DNA of 64,000 nt from an uncultured Bacilli bacterium (GCA_934131175.1 CAKOZD010000001.1:32928-96927); one strand, 5' to 3'. Positions 1 to 10,805 are shown, counted from the first letter of the stretch. Notes: generated by a model not told the origin, from the sequence alone. Numbers and translations are program-made.

Positions 1-1392
1 TGCATAGTATGGTAAAACACTTTGGAAAACATATGAAGCTTCAAAATTAAAGAAACTTGATAATATTGCAGTAATTGTAGTAGTAACAATATTAAATTTA
101 CTTCCAAGAATAGCTTTATAAATTACTAATTGGAATGGATGATATGTAACTAATACTAATACTGTATATAATAAGATAACTATACATGCAGGTAATAAAG
201 CTTTCTTAGCTCCTTCTGCAAATCCATCTAAAGCATCATCTAATTTAACTTTATAAATTATTACAAAAATTATTGTTACTAATAATAATGGTAATAATAA
301 GTCAACTAAAGTCCAAGAACCAAATGCATTCATTGTTCCTAAAATTTTACCGAAAATATTAAATCCGAATAATTCAAATTTAGAAACAGCATCAGTAGCA
401 GTAGACATAGCCTTGATTCCAAAAGCACTTTCCCATGGAATAAATGCTAAAACCATCAAAATAAATAATAATCCAAAAAGAATATAGAATGTCGCTGTCT
501 TATAATGTTTACCATTATTAGCAACAATAACATCTTCATCTACTAATGCTGCTTTATTAGCATTTTTACTAGTAGTCTTCTTTGTTGATTTCTTTGTTGA
601 TGATTTAGTTGTTGACTTCTTAGTTGATGATTTCTTTGTAGAAGTTTTTTTAGAACTTGTTTTCTTTTCTTCTACTTCTTCTTTTTCTTCTTTCTTTGCT
701 TCTTCTTTAGCAATTTCTTCTGCCATAACTTCATCAGTTACTTTTACAGCAATACTCTTTGCATCTTCAGCAGCAACAGCTTTTTTATTCTTCTTTATAT
801 ACATAATTGTATTAAAGATTACTAAAGCTATTCCTACTAATAAGATGACAAATCTTACTCCGATTTGATAATCAGTCTTAAGACTTAATGTTTGAGTAAG
901 TACACTTAAGTTAGTAGTTGCATAAGTACTACCTGCAAGTCCAACTGTCATTGAACCAACAATAACTAATGCTGCAACAATCTTATCATATCCCATAAGG
1001 AAAATTAGTGAAACTAATAATGGAATAAAAATAGCAAAGGCAATTTGTAATCCACAAATTGAAACTCCAAATGCTAAAATTATAGAAATAATTGATAAAG
1101 CAAAAATTTCTTTTCCTTTTAATTTAGCAGCTAATTTTTCAACAAAATCGTGATAAGCAGGAATTTTGTTTAAAACTCCATAAAATCCTCCAACTAAGAT
1201 TATGAATAAAGCAATATATCCAAAATATGATAATGATGTAAATGGATAATTTACTAAATCAAATAATCCCATTTGAACGCGTCCTTGTTCTACATACGAA
1301 CTTGAATAATATGCAGCAGGTAAAATCCAAGAAAGTAATAAGAAAAGTAAAATTACAATTAGAACGACTTTCACTGTATTATGTTTTTTCAT
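1..1392 (-). CDS. Integral membrane transporter, YfcC-family-like (start codon at 1390-1392, 3' end off-window); contains a Lys/Ser/Thr-rich low-complexity insertion
   Basis: Open frame on the minus strand from the window edge to an ATG at 1390-1392, preceded by RBS ggagg (revcomp of 1396-1400). Hand translation gives MKKHNTVKVVLIVILLF... with multiple TM segments. Motifs resemble the YfcC/DcuC-like family (LVGGFYGVL, VIVGSMTVGLAGSTY). Not in the ORF track because it runs off the edge. Confidence 0.5.
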   Translation of the reverse strand, partial: MKKHNTVKVVLIVILLFLLLSWILPAAYYSSSYVEQGRVQMGLFDLVNYPFTSLSYFGYIALFIILVGGFYGVLNKIPAYHDFVEKLAAKLKGKEIFALSIISIILAFGVSICGLQIAFAIFIPLLVSLIFLMGYDKIVAALVIVGSMTVGLAGSTYATTNLSVLTQTLSLKTDYQIGVRFVILLVGIALVIFNTIMYIKKNKKAVAAEDAKSIAVKVTDEVMAEEIAKEEAKKEEKEEVEEKKTSSKKTSTKKSSTKKSTTKSSTKKSTKKTTSKNANKAALVDEDVIVANNGKHYKTATFYILFGLLFILMVLAFIPWESAFGIKAMSTATDAVSKFELFGFNIFGKILGTMNAFGSWTLVDLLLPLLLVTIIFVIIYKVKLDDALDGFAEGAKKALLPACIVILLYTVLVLVTYHPFQLVIYKAILGSKFNIVTTTITAILSSFFNFEASYVFQSVLPYYA

Positions 1393-1487
1393 AATTAACC
1401 TCCCATAATAATTATAACTATTATGGCCTTATTTTACAAGCATTTACAATTTATTTTAATGAAATTTTTGTGAAAAAAAAGAAGAAC

Positions 1488-2978
1488 TTAATTTCTGTTC
1501 TTCTCCTTCATTGTAGGGAATAATAATACATCACGAATTGAATCTTGTTCAGTAAATAACATAACAAGTCTATCAATTCCATAACCGATACCACCAGCAG
1601 GAGGCATACCATATTCAAGAGCCTCTACAAAGTCATAATCAATATCAGTTGCTTCATCATTTCCTAAATCTCTTTCTGCAATTTGTGCTTCAAATCTTTC
1701 CAATTGATCAATTGGATCATTTAACTCAGTATATGCATTAGCAAATTCTTTACCACCAATAAATAACTCAAATCTATCAACAAATCTTGGATCATCTGGA
1801 TTTTTCTTTGTTAAAGGTGATATTTCAATTGGATGACCATATAAGAATGTAGGTTGAATTAAAGTTTCTTCAACATATTTTTCAAAGAATAAATTAACTA
1901 TATGTCCAAAACTCTTTTCATGTTCTTGAACTTCAATACCATGTTCTTCTGCTAACTTTAAGCATTCTTCTAAAGATAAATCTTGTTTAAAATCAATTCC
2001 TGTTTGCTCTTTAATAGCATCTACCATACTGATTCTCTTCCATGGTCCTTCTAAATTTATTTCATTTCCATAGAAAGTATAATTCATTTTTCCAACAACA
2101 TTTTTGGCAATATTTGTAAACATTCCTTCAGTTAAGTCCATCATTCCTTCTAAATCAGAATATGCTAAATATGCTTCTAATTCAGTAAATTCAGGATTAT
2201 GTCTTAAATCCATACCTTCATTTCTAAATACTCTTCCAATTTCATAAACAGCCTCCATACCACCAACTAATAGTCTCTTTAATGGCAACTCTAAAGCAAT
2301 TCTTAAATACATATCTAAATCTTGAGCATTATGATGAGTTGTAAATGGTCTTGCAGATGCTCCTGTTAATAATGTAGATAGAACTGGTGTTTCAACTTCA
2401 ACAAAACCTTGATTATCTAAATAATTTTGAATGCTTCTAATAATTCTAGGTCTTAAAAAAGCTACTCTACGTGAATCTTCATTCATTATTAAATCTACAT
2501 ATCTACGTCTATATCTTTCTTCTTTATCTGTTAATCCATGGAATTTTTCAGGTAATGGTCTAAGTGCCTTTACTAAATGAGTATACTCTAAACATTTTAT
2601 TGTAACTTCACCTGTTTTAGTTTTCATTATTTTTCCATATACTCCAACAATATCACCTATATCAGCAGTTTTGAATAATGAATAACTTTCTTCTCCAATA
2701 TCATTTATTGAAATATAAATTTGAATAGTTCCTGTCTTATCTTGTATTGTAAAGAAAGATGCTTTTCCCATTTTTCTTATAAACATAATTCTTCCTACTA
2801 CTTTTGCAGTATCATCCATATTTTCAAATGCATCATGTTCAACATCAGCATATTTTTCTTTTATATCTTTAGCATAACTATCTCTATCAAATCTATGACC
2901 AAATGGATCTAATCCTAATTCTCTTAATTTTTCTGCTTTTTCTCTTCTAACTATTTCTTGTTCAGTTAATTCTCGCAT
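1488..2978 (-). CDS. lysS: Lysine--tRNA ligase (class II)
   Basis: 496 aa. N-terminal anticodon-binding OB domain and class II catalytic core motifs (FELFIGGKEFANAYTELNDP, GGIGYGIDRLVM). Confidence 0.92.
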   Translation of the reverse strand: MRELTEQEIVRREKAEKLRELGLDPFGHRFDRDSYAKDIKEKYADVEHDAFENMDDTAKVVGRIMFIRKMGKASFFTIQDKTGTIQIYISINDIGEESYSLFKTADIGDIVGVYGKIMKTKTGEVTIKCLEYTHLVKALRPLPEKFHGLTDKEERYRRRYVDLIMNEDSRRVAFLRPRIIRSIQNYLDNQGFVEVETPVLSTLLTGASARPFTTHHNAQDLDMYLRIALELPLKRLLVGGMEAVYEIGRVFRNEGMDLRHNPEFTELEAYLAYSDLEGMMDLTEGMFTNIAKNVVGKMNYTFYGNEINLEGPWKRISMVDAIKEQTGIDFKQDLSLEECLKLAEEHGIEVQEHEKSFGHIVNLFFEKYVEETLIQPTFLYGHPIEISPLTKKNPDDPRFVDRFELFIGGKEFANAYTELNDPIDQLERFEAQIAERDLGNDEATDIDYDFVEALEYGMPPAGGIGYGIDRLVMLFTEQDSIRDVLLFPTMKEKNRN

Positions 2979-3051
2979 GAAATCACTCCTCTTTTCTTTC
3001 TAAAATAACATATTATTTAAAACAAATAAACATAAAATATAAAATTTACTA

Positions 3052-3807
3052 TTATTCAACTACATTTACAACTCTAGTTCTACAAACTAAATCATGTAAT
3101 CCTTTTCCATCTTTTCTAAACATCATCATAATTGCACATATGAAAAGAATAATATATTGAATAAAACTAACACCCATAACTACAAAAATATATGACCTTT
3201 TAGCAACAGTAAGCATAACTATAAAATCAATTATATATAGTAGCAATAAATTTATCATAAAACTTCTAAAAATCATTTGATTGATAGTAAGCTCATCTGT
3301 TTCAGATTCAACTCTTATTTTCATTAATTTTTTACCTAATGTTTGGCCTTTACTATATGTTTGATATACAACAAAATATAATATAGTTAATAAAATCACA
3401 CAAATAGACACTATTCCTTGCTCACGAGCAATACTATAACTTATATTACCATATTGAATAACATAATCTTCTGTACTAATTTCATTTTTTTGCAATTGAT
3501 CAACAATTTTTGTTGCTTGATTGCTTAAACTTTCAACTCTTTTTGCATCTAAAAATGGTGTTGCAATTAAAGATGCAATAAAACTTACTAAAAGAATATC
3601 AATTAAATAAGCAAAAACACGCTTAGTAAAATAAACTTTTTCTTCTGTTTTCTCTGATTTTTCTTCTTTGGATTTCTCAGTCTTTCTAACCTTTCCACTT
3701 TCTACATATTCTTTAATTTTAGAACTAACATCTTCTGAAGCATCTTCTTCTGTCTTTTCATCAACTTCTTCTTCAGAAACTATATCAGCCTCTATCTTTT
3801 TCTTCAT
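3052..3807 (-). CDS. RDD-family membrane protein
   Basis: Acidic N-terminus, then TM helices with the R/D-containing pattern typical of RDD proteins. Start moved to the second Met (MKKKIEADIV), which has RBS aaggagg 6 nt upstream. The ORF-track start at 3828 is probably an extension. Confidence 0.55.
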   Translation of the reverse strand: MKKKIEADIVSEEEVDEKTEEDASEDVSSKIKEYVESGKVRKTEKSKEEKSEKTEEKVYFTKRVFAYLIDILLVSFIASLIATPFLDAKRVESLSNQATKIVDQLQKNEISTEDYVIQYGNISYSIAREQGIVSICVILLTILYFVVYQTYSKGQTLGKKLMKIRVESETDELTINQMIFRSFMINLLLLYIIDFIVMLTVAKRSYIFVVMGVSFIQYIILFICAIMMMFRKDGKGLHDLVCRTRVVNVVE

Positions 3808-4777
3808 TTTGTGCCTCCTTAAATTCATTCAATAATAAGATTATATCATGAATATTAGTTGTTTGATACACCTTATTCTTTAACTCATTAGCACCTTTAA
3901 TACCTTTAAAATACCAAGAAATATGATTTCTGATTTCTAAACAAGCTAATTTTTCATTTTTTAATGAATCTAATAATTTTAAATGTTTTAAACACATATT
4001 AATTCTATCAACGATAGACACATCAATAACTTCTTTTTCTTCAAGATAATTAACAGTGTTTTTTATAAGCCAAGGATTTCCTAAAACTCCTCTACCTATC
4101 ATAACTGCATCACATTTTGTCTCTTCAAGCATCCTTTTCGCATCCTCAGGAGATTTTATATCACCATTACCAATAACAGGAATTGAAACATTCTCTTTTA
4201 CTTCTTTAATAATATTCCAATCAGCTTTACCACTATATCCTTGACTTCTAGTTCGTGGATGGACACATATAGCACTTGCTCCTGCTTTTTCTATTACTTT
4301 AGCAACTTCTACAGCATTAATATGATTGCTATCCCAACCACTTCTGATTTTAACAGTAACTGGAACATTAACAGCCGAAACAACACTAGAAACTATATCA
4401 AAAATTTTATCTGGATCTTTAAGTAATGCTGAACCAGCTTGTGCTCTAACAGCAACTTTTGGAACAGGGCACCCCATATTTATATCAATTATATCTGGTT
4501 TCATCTCTTTTTCAATAAATTTAGCTGCCTCTACAAAAGACTCTTTATCACTACCAAAAATTTGTTGACTAATTGGTCTTTCTTTTTCTGTCATATAAAG
4601 CATATCTATAGTTTTTTGATTATTATATGTAATTGCTTTATCACTTACCATCTCTGCATATATTAATCCACATCCCATATCCTTACAAATTTGTCTATAT
4701 GCAGAATTACAAATACCAGCCATTGGTGCTAAAACAACTTGATTTGATATCTTTACATTTCCTATTTTCCACTCCAT
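3785..4777 (-). CDS. dus: tRNA-dihydrouridine synthase
   Basis: 330 aa. LAPMAGICNSAYR, catalytic Cys region MGCPVPKV and a TIM-barrel FMN-binding pattern. RBS aggagtg upstream. Confidence 0.85.
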   Translation of the reverse strand: MEWKIGNVKISNQVVLAPMAGICNSAYRQICKDMGCGLIYAEMVSDKAITYNNQKTIDMLYMTEKERPISQQIFGSDKESFVEAAKFIEKEMKPDIIDINMGCPVPKVAVRAQAGSALLKDPDKIFDIVSSVVSAVNVPVTVKIRSGWDSNHINAVEVAKVIEKAGASAICVHPRTRSQGYSGKADWNIIKEVKENVSIPVIGNGDIKSPEDAKRMLEETKCDAVMIGRGVLGNPWLIKNTVNYLEEKEVIDVSIVDRINMCLKHLKLLDSLKNEKLACLEIRNHISWYFKGIKGANELKNKVYQTTNIHDIILLLNEFKEAQNEEKDRG

Positions 4778-4820
4778 AGAATCACTCCTACTAATAATTT
4801 TCTAAGACTTGCTTATTATA

Positions 4821-5351
4821 TTATAAATTAATATTTTTTTCAACGAAAAAGGAATTAATAGTTAACCCTCTTTTAGCTTCTCTTCTTTTCATTTTTACTA
4901 ATAATTTTCTTGCACGTTTTTCTTCTTTCTTTTGCCTTTTTATATCATCTTTAATTAATAATATTTTTTCCTTTACTTCTTTAAATACATCATCTCTATT
5001 TGTCGAAAAATCTAAGTTTAAAATTTTATCAAACATTAACTCTATATGAGCATCATCCAAATTAATACCAACTGGATGTACGATATCTGAACTATACTTA
5101 TTTAAAGAATCCAATTTTATACAAGAATATTTTACCTCATCTAATACTAAAAAGGGAAAATAGCAATATTTATCCTTATTATATAAAGCTGTTTTTACTC
5201 CATTAGTTATAGGACAAGTATAAACAACATTACCATTTTCAGTAACATCTTCAAATACAACTACTGATAGTCTGTTTTTCTTATTATCCTTATAATTTTT
5301 ATTATTAACCATAGTATACTCTTGAACTACAATTTCCCCTGATTTTAACAT
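4821..5351 (-). CDS. Hypothetical protein; N-terminal region has a weak PemK/MazF-like beta-barrel pattern; C-terminal K/E-rich helix
   Basis: 176 aa ORF. Segment RLSVVVFEDVTENGNVVYTCPITNG...YFPFLVLDE...IKLDSLNKYSSDIV resembles the MazF/PemK fold consensus. No adjacent antitoxin-sized ORF. Confidence 0.4.
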   Translation of the reverse strand: MLKSGEIVVQEYTMVNNKNYKDNKKNRLSVVVFEDVTENGNVVYTCPITNGVKTALYNKDKYCYFPFLVLDEVKYSCIKLDSLNKYSSDIVHPVGINLDDAHIELMFDKILNLDFSTNRDDVFKEVKEKILLIKDDIKRQKKEEKRARKLLVKMKRREAKRGLTINSFFVEKNINL

Positions 5352-5368
5352 ATATGTAATTTCTCCTT

Positions 5369-5806
5369 TTATTTATTATTTTTCTTAAGTAAATCTCTTA
5401 TTTCTTCTAAAAGTAAAACCTCATCACTTTTCTTTTCTTGTTCTTCTTTTTCTTCTTTCTTATGACCAATACTAACTATTCTATTAAAGAACTTTAATAA
5501 TAGAAACAAAACAAAAGCCATAATAAAGAAATTAATTATTGAAGTTATAAAATCTCCATATAAAATTCTTTGACCCCCATAAATCTTTAATGAACCACCA
5601 ACTTCTGCACCACCTATTCCATTAATAAGCGGATTAATAACATCTTTTGTTAAAGCAGTAACAACATCAGAAAATGCTGCACCAATAATAACACCTACAG
5701 CCATATCCATAACATTACCTCTCATAACAAAAGCTTTAAATTCATTTATAAAGCCTTCGCTTTTTTGCTTTAGTTCATCAACATCTACTTTTACATTTTT
5801 CTTCAT
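5369..5806 (-). CDS. mscL: Large-conductance mechanosensitive channel
   Basis: EFKAFVMRGNVMDMAVGVIIGAAF is the signature MscL N-terminus. C-terminal EEIRDLLKKN is conserved. Start is probably an internal Met (M6); the ORF track gives a 20-aa N-terminal extension. Confidence 0.8.
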   Translation of the reverse strand: MKKNVKVDVDELKQKSEGFINEFKAFVMRGNVMDMAVGVIIGAAFSDVVTALTKDVINPLINGIGGAEVGGSLKIYGGQRILYGDFITSIINFFIMAFVLFLLLKFFNRIVSIGHKKEEKEEQEKKSDEVLLLEEIRDLLKKNNK

Positions 5807-5848
5807 AATACTACACCTCACTTAGATTATATCAAAAAAAGAACTAGA

Positions 5849-7819
5849 TTAATCATCTAATTCTTTTAATAATTCAGCTTTATTCATTTTAGAAGCATTT
5901 TTTATACCTTTTTCTTTAGCTATTTCTCTAAGTTTTGTAATTGACATTGACTCATAACTATCATCTTTTTCTTCTGGCATTTTACCATTTTCAACAAGAT
6001 AATCAATTTGTTCCTTTGTTAATGTCTCATACTCAAGTAATGCTTCGGCAATTAATTTCAATAAATCTTTATTCTTAGAAATTATTTCTTTTGCTTCTTT
6101 ATGACAATCATTAATAATCTTTCTCATTTCCATGTCTATTTCATTAGCAACTTCATTAGAGAAATGTTGTGGTTTATTATAATCTCTTCCTAAGAACACA
6201 CTTCCACTTTGTTGTTCAAATTGTAGTGGTCCTAAATCACTCATACCATACTCAGTAACCATAGCACGTGCAATCTTAGTTGCTTTTTCAAAATCGTTAT
6301 GAGCACCTGTTGTTATTTCTCCAAATGTAATTTCTTCAGCAGTTCTACCACCAAGAAGACCAGTTATTTCTTCAAGTAAATCTGTCTTAGTTGAACACAA
6401 TTTTTCTTCGCTTGGAACCATCATATTATATCCACCAGCTTGTCCACGAGGAATTATTGTTACCTTTTGAACATCGCTAGCATTTCTTAATTTAAGTCCA
6501 ATAACAGCATGTCCTGCTTCGTGATATGCTACTAATTTTCTATCTGCTTCACTATATTTATGACTAGTCTTAGCAGGTCCCATTAATACTCTATCAGTAG
6601 CTTCGTCTATTTCACTCATTGTAATTTCAGATTTATTTCTTCTTACAGCAAGTAAAGCAGCTTCATTTAATAAGTTTTCAAGATCAGCTCCACTAAATCC
6701 TGGAGTTCTCTTTGCTAAATTCTTTAACGTAATACCATCTGCTAAAATTTTATTCTTAGCATGTACTGCAAGTATTTCTTCACGACCCTTTACATCTGGT
6801 AAGCTTACTGTAATTTGTCTATCAAATCTTCCAGGTCTTAATAATGCTGGGTCTAAAACATCTGGTCTATTAGTTGCAGCAATTATTATTATACCTTCAT
6901 TTGCTCCAAAACCATCCATTTCAGTAAGTAATTGGTTAAGTGTTTGTTCACGTTCATCATGTCCTCCACCTAAACCAGTTCCTCTTTGACGACCAACTGC
7001 ATCTATTTCATCTATAAAGATTAAACATGGAGCAGTTCTCTTAGCTTGTTGGAACATATCACGAACACGGCTTGCTCCAACACCAACAAATAATTCAACA
7101 AAATCAGAACCACTTATAAAATAGAATGGAACATCCGCTTCTCCTGCAACAGCTTTAGCAAGTAAAGTTTTACCTGTTCCTGGAGGCCCCATTAATAAAA
7201 CACCTTTTGGAATTCTTGCTCCTAATTTTTGGAATTTCTTAGGTGCTTTTAAGAAATCAATAAGTTCCTTAACTTCTTCTTTTTCTTCACTAAGTCCAGC
7301 AACATCCTTAAATGTAACTTTATTAGTATCACTATTTAATCTAGCACGGCTTTTACCAAAATCTAATGAACCTTTGTTACTTGCCATTTGCTTATTAAAG
7401 AACCAGAAAGCAACTCCAACTAATAGTACGATTGGTAAAATATTAACTAAAATATATAAAAGTGATGATGAATCAGGATCTGGTACAACAGTTAACTTAA
7501 AATCTTGATTATCACTTGCTTTTACAATCTTTTTCATAACTTCATCACTTAAAGGTAAAGTAGATTCAAATGATTCATTTTTCTTATATCCTTCTAATTT
7601 ACCAGATACGTCATAAACATATCCACTTCCTCTAGTAACAATAGTTAATTCTGTTATTTCCTCTTTATTTAATTTTTCAATAAATTTATCATATGTTAAA
7701 TCATTTACTTTTTGACCAGCAACTGTGTAAAAATAAAAAACACCTAACATAATAACAAAAATAAATAAGTAAGGTAATAACCCTTTTTTTATAGTTTTCT
7801 TATCCATTTTTTTATTCAC
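5849..7819 (-). CDS. ftsH: ATP-dependent zinc metalloprotease FtsH
   Basis: 656 aa. Two N-terminal TM segments, AAA Walker [12 protein letters not shown], and zinc motif HEAGHA. Confidence 0.96.
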   Translation of the reverse strand: MNKKMDKKTIKKGLLPYLFIFVIMLGVFYFYTVAGQKVNDLTYDKFIEKLNKEEITELTIVTRGSGYVYDVSGKLEGYKKNESFESTLPLSDEVMKKIVKASDNQDFKLTVVPDPDSSSLLYILVNILPIVLLVGVAFWFFNKQMASNKGSLDFGKSRARLNSDTNKVTFKDVAGLSEEKEEVKELIDFLKAPKKFQKLGARIPKGVLLMGPPGTGKTLLAKAVAGEADVPFYFISGSDFVELFVGVGASRVRDMFQQAKRTAPCLIFIDEIDAVGRQRGTGLGGGHDEREQTLNQLLTEMDGFGANEGIIIIAATNRPDVLDPALLRPGRFDRQITVSLPDVKGREEILAVHAKNKILADGITLKNLAKRTPGFSGADLENLLNEAALLAVRRNKSEITMSEIDEATDRVLMGPAKTSHKYSEADRKLVAYHEAGHAVIGLKLRNASDVQKVTIIPRGQAGGYNMMVPSEEKLCSTKTDLLEEITGLLGGRTAEEITFGEITTGAHNDFEKATKIARAMVTEYGMSDLGPLQFEQQSGSVFLGRDYNKPQHFSNEVANEIDMEMRKIINDCHKEAKEIISKNKDLLKLIAEALLEYETLTKEQIDYLVENGKMPEEKDDSYESMSITKLREIAKEKGIKNASKMNKAELLKELDD

Positions 7820-7831
7820 AAATTTTCCTCC

Positions 7832-9163
7832 TTAACTATATTTCAATATTATATCATAAACATCGGATTTCTTTTTGTCAAATTTAGATTTTTTAATTCC
7901 AGGAATCCATACAACATTCCCACATGAGTCGACAACAATAGGCCAACTATCACGCTTATCCAATGATATTTTTTTATCTATAAATATATCCTTAACCTTT
8001 TTGGTACCATTTAAACCTTTTACCTTTATTTTGTCTCCAAATCTTCTTGTTCTAACAATTAAAGGTAAGGTTATTTCTGATGTATTAAGTCTACATATAT
8101 TATTACTATTATCAGAATCATCAAGTGTTTTCTCTATATAATGATTATTTGGTAACATAGCATAATTATCAAACTCAATCTCATAAGATGAAATTGTATC
8201 AATACTTCTATTAAGAGTAAAATAATTATATTCTTTCTTTGCTATTACATCATTTGGTAAATTAATAAAACTATTAGCTTTTCTACTATTAATTAAAGTT
8301 ATAATCAAATCAATATGTCTATCTCCAACTAATATTAAATCATCTTGATAAAACTCACTCAACATATAGTATAATAATTCTCTTTGAATAAACTCATCCT
8401 CTAACAAAAATTTATCAATAATTAACTTTTCTTTATCAAAAACTCTTTTTATAGCCTTATCAGTTTCCTTTTCAATAAACTTATTTGCTTCATTTAATGT
8501 ATCACTAAATTTTAAAAATTTTAAATGAACATCTTTTTCTTCTTGTTTTAGGAATGGTAACACATATTTTCTATATCTATTTCTGGTATACTTATCTTTG
8601 TCATTCGAACTATCAACATAATACTTAACATTATTATCAATATCATATTGACGAAGTTCTTCCTTAGTATAATGAACTAATGGTCTAATAATTTTATAAG
8701 TATCCATATCTACAACACTTTTAAAACCACTATAACCATTTAAGTTAGAACCTCTAACTATTCTCATTAAAACAGTTTCCATTAAATCATCACCATGATG
8801 TGCAGTCATTAGATAATTCGCATCATATTTATGAACTAAATTTTCAAAAAAATTATATCTTATATTTCTTGCCTCATTATGAAAATTATCATCACCATAC
8901 TCTTCAATAACCATAACTTCAAATACTAGGTTATTATCTATACAATATTGTTTTAAAAATTCCGCTTCTTCATAACTCTCTTTTCTAACATTATGATTTA
9001 CATGAGCAATTATTAAACTTAAATTATATTTATTTCTAATCTTTAGCAACATATCAACAAGAGCCATTGAATCAGGTCCAGTAGAACAACCAATGACAAT
9101 CTTATCATTTTGCCTAAATTTAAAGTCCTTCTCTATATTAATCATGGACATTCCTCCAATCAA
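7832..9163 (-). CDS. tilS: tRNA(Ile)-lysidine synthetase
   Basis: PP-loop SGGxDS-like motif (GCSTGPDSMAL) and TilS C-terminal domain. No hprT gene follows it, unlike the Bacillus tilS-hprT-ftsH arrangement. Confidence 0.85.
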   Translation of the reverse strand: MIGGMSMINIEKDFKFRQNDKIVIGCSTGPDSMALVDMLLKIRNKYNLSLIIAHVNHNVRKESYEEAEFLKQYCIDNNLVFEVMVIEEYGDDNFHNEARNIRYNFFENLVHKYDANYLMTAHHGDDLMETVLMRIVRGSNLNGYSGFKSVVDMDTYKIIRPLVHYTKEELRQYDIDNNVKYYVDSSNDKDKYTRNRYRKYVLPFLKQEEKDVHLKFLKFSDTLNEANKFIEKETDKAIKRVFDKEKLIIDKFLLEDEFIQRELLYYMLSEFYQDDLILVGDRHIDLIITLINSRKANSFINLPNDVIAKKEYNYFTLNRSIDTISSYEIEFDNYAMLPNNHYIEKTLDDSDNSNNICRLNTSEITLPLIVRTRRFGDKIKVKGLNGTKKVKDIFIDKKISLDKRDSWPIVVDSCGNVVWIPGIKKSKFDKKKSDVYDIILKYS

Positions 9164-9207
9164 CCAATATTATAACATAGTTACACAAAAAAAAAGAAAA
9201 TATATTT

Positions 9208-9516
9208 CTATTTCTCTGGAATTTGCAAAATATATTCTCCATCTTTAGAATATGAATATTTTTCCCTTGCGTATCTAGCTACATAATCTGGATTTTGTAA
9301 TTTTTTAGCATCAACTTGTAATTCTTCTTCTTTTTCTTTTAAACTAGTAAGTTGCTTATCAAGATCTTTTTTTTCTTGATACTTATCAAAAATTTCAACC
9401 CAGTATCTACCAATAGAGAATGTAACACCAAATATAACTACAAGAGATAGAATAGCTAAAATAAAAGTTCTACGCTTTCTCTTATTAACTTTTTTTACTT
9501 TTGCCATCACATTCAC
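9208..9516 (-). CDS. divIC: Septum formation initiator, DivIC/FtsB family
   Basis: 102 aa. N-terminal TM then coiled coil (LTSLKEKEEELQVDAKKLQNPDY). Position is syntenic with B. subtilis divIC after yabQ. Confidence 0.6.
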   Translation of the reverse strand: MNVMAKVKKVNKRKRRTFILAILSLVVIFGVTFSIGRYWVEIFDKYQEKKDLDKQLTSLKEKEEELQVDAKKLQNPDYVARYAREKYSYSKDGEYILQIPEK

Positions 9517-9599
9517 CTACCTTTTCACCTTATATTATATATCTTTTGAACAAGTCAATCTTAGCAAATAATTAAATTTATTACTCGTTTTACATTTAT

Positions 9600-9869
9600 T
9601 TACATCTTTTTATTAAGAAAATTATAACTAATTAAAAATCCAAATATAATTAATAAAAGAAAATATAAATGTAAAATTCCATTATTTAAATAATTTAAAA
9701 TTACAAAATACAAAATAGAAATAAATAAAAACAAAGAAATATAATATAAAATTCTTAACCTATATCTTCTTAAAATTAAAAATTTATAATTAACTTTAAA
9801 CATAAAAAACAAGAAAACACCAAATATAAAAGAAAAAAACATACTAATAATTTGAGTAACTAAATTCAT
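9600..9869 (-). CDS. yabQ: Spore cortex biosynthesis membrane protein YabQ-like
   Basis: 89 aa polytopic membrane protein directly downstream of yabP and overlapping it by 1 nt. Position is syntenic with yabQ. Confidence 0.45.
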   Translation of the reverse strand: MNLVTQIISMFFSFIFGVFLFFMFKVNYKFLILRRYRLRILYYISLFLFISILYFVILNYLNNGILHLYFLLLIIFGFLISYNFLNKKM

Positions 9870-10159
9870 TATTTAAATAACCTATTGAAAATACCATCTT
9901 CTTCTTTCTTTTTATTCTCAACAACATAACTAATTGAATCAATAGTTCCTTTAATAGTAACATTTCCAGCAAGTGTATCTAATTTTATAAGTTCTAAACC
10001 TTCTCCTTTAATAACCATAAATCCCATAGTCGTTTCCAAAATAAAATGTAACTTATCAAAATTATCTATTTTTTTAACACCGGTAATTACAAGAGTTTTT
10101 CTTTCAAGTAAACTAACACTATGATTATAATTATTTATTGTAGAACTTTCCTTATCCAT
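9869..10159 (-). CDS. yabP: Sporulation protein YabP
   Basis: 96 aa. YabP-family motifs (LVITGVKKIDNFD...MGFMVIKGEGLEL) and synteny. Confidence 0.7.
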   Translation of the reverse strand: MDKESSTINNYNHSVSLLERKTLVITGVKKIDNFDKLHFILETTMGFMVIKGEGLELIKLDTLAGNVTIKGTIDSISYVVENKKKEEDGIFNRLFK

Positions 10160-10230
10160 ATTTATTCCTCCTAATAATATATATGTTAAAAGGAAAAATT
10201 TTATGCAAGAAAAAAAGATGTAATCACATC

Positions 10231-10509
10231 TTATTCTTCGGTAGCTGGTTCATCTTCTGCTTTTTCATAAGCTTCTAAAATAGCTTCTTCAAACATAGCA
10301 CGAACTTCAGGATTAATTGGATGAGCGATATCGCGGTATCCTCCTGTAGCAGTTTTACGACTTGGCATTGCTATAAATAAACCGTTGTCTCCTTCAATAA
10401 TACGAATATCATGTACTGCAAAACTATCATCTAATAATACAGATGCAATTCCCTTCATACGAGAACCTTCCTTATCAATTTTACGTACATTTACAGATGT
10501 AATCTTCAT
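10231..10509 (-). CDS. spoVG: Septation protein SpoVG
   Basis: [46 protein letters not shown] is near-identical to the SpoVG consensus. Confidence 0.93.
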   Translation of the reverse strand: MKITSVNVRKIDKEGSRMKGIASVLLDDSFAVHDIRIIEGDNGLFIAMPSRKTATGGYRDIAHPINPEVRAMFEEAILEAYEKAEDEPATEE

Positions 10510-10592
10510 ACGATTTTCCTCCCTCTTAAAGCGTTACCACTTTATAAGTTAATTTTATAATATTATTTATTAAAATGCAATATATTTTAATT

Positions 10593-10805
10593 TTAACCAA
10601 CTATTTTCAAGTTATTTATAAGTAAATCGCTATAAGTAAAAGACAAAGTCCTACCATCACAAGTACTTATAGTGAATATTGCAGGATATGCTTTATCAAT
10701 AAATCCTTCAAAAATTTCATTTTGATTTCTAGGTCCCTTATAAAAGAATTTCCTTTTTATACCAATATTTTTATAAACAATATTTTTTGCAATATTAATA
10801 TTCAT
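10593..10805 (-). CDS. veg: Veg-like small protein
   Basis: 70 aa. GIKRKFFYKGPRNQNEIFEGFIDKAYPAIFTI...SFTYSDL aligns with B. subtilis Veg (GKRLTLKANGGRRK..ETYPSVFVIQ...SYSYADI). Syntenic position next to yabG. Confidence 0.6.
   Translation of the reverse strand: MNINIAKNIVYKNIGIKRKFFYKGPRNQNEIFEGFIDKAYPAIFTISTCDGRTLSFTYSDLLINNLKIVG

Noticed and set aside
6255-6275. GCACGTGC 8-bp palindromes inside ftsH (~6263) and inside rpsR (~53527), considered as extra parS sites
   Set aside because: Only the central CACGTG matches. The flanking TTTC/GAAA arms are absent. These are chance palindromes in coding sequence.
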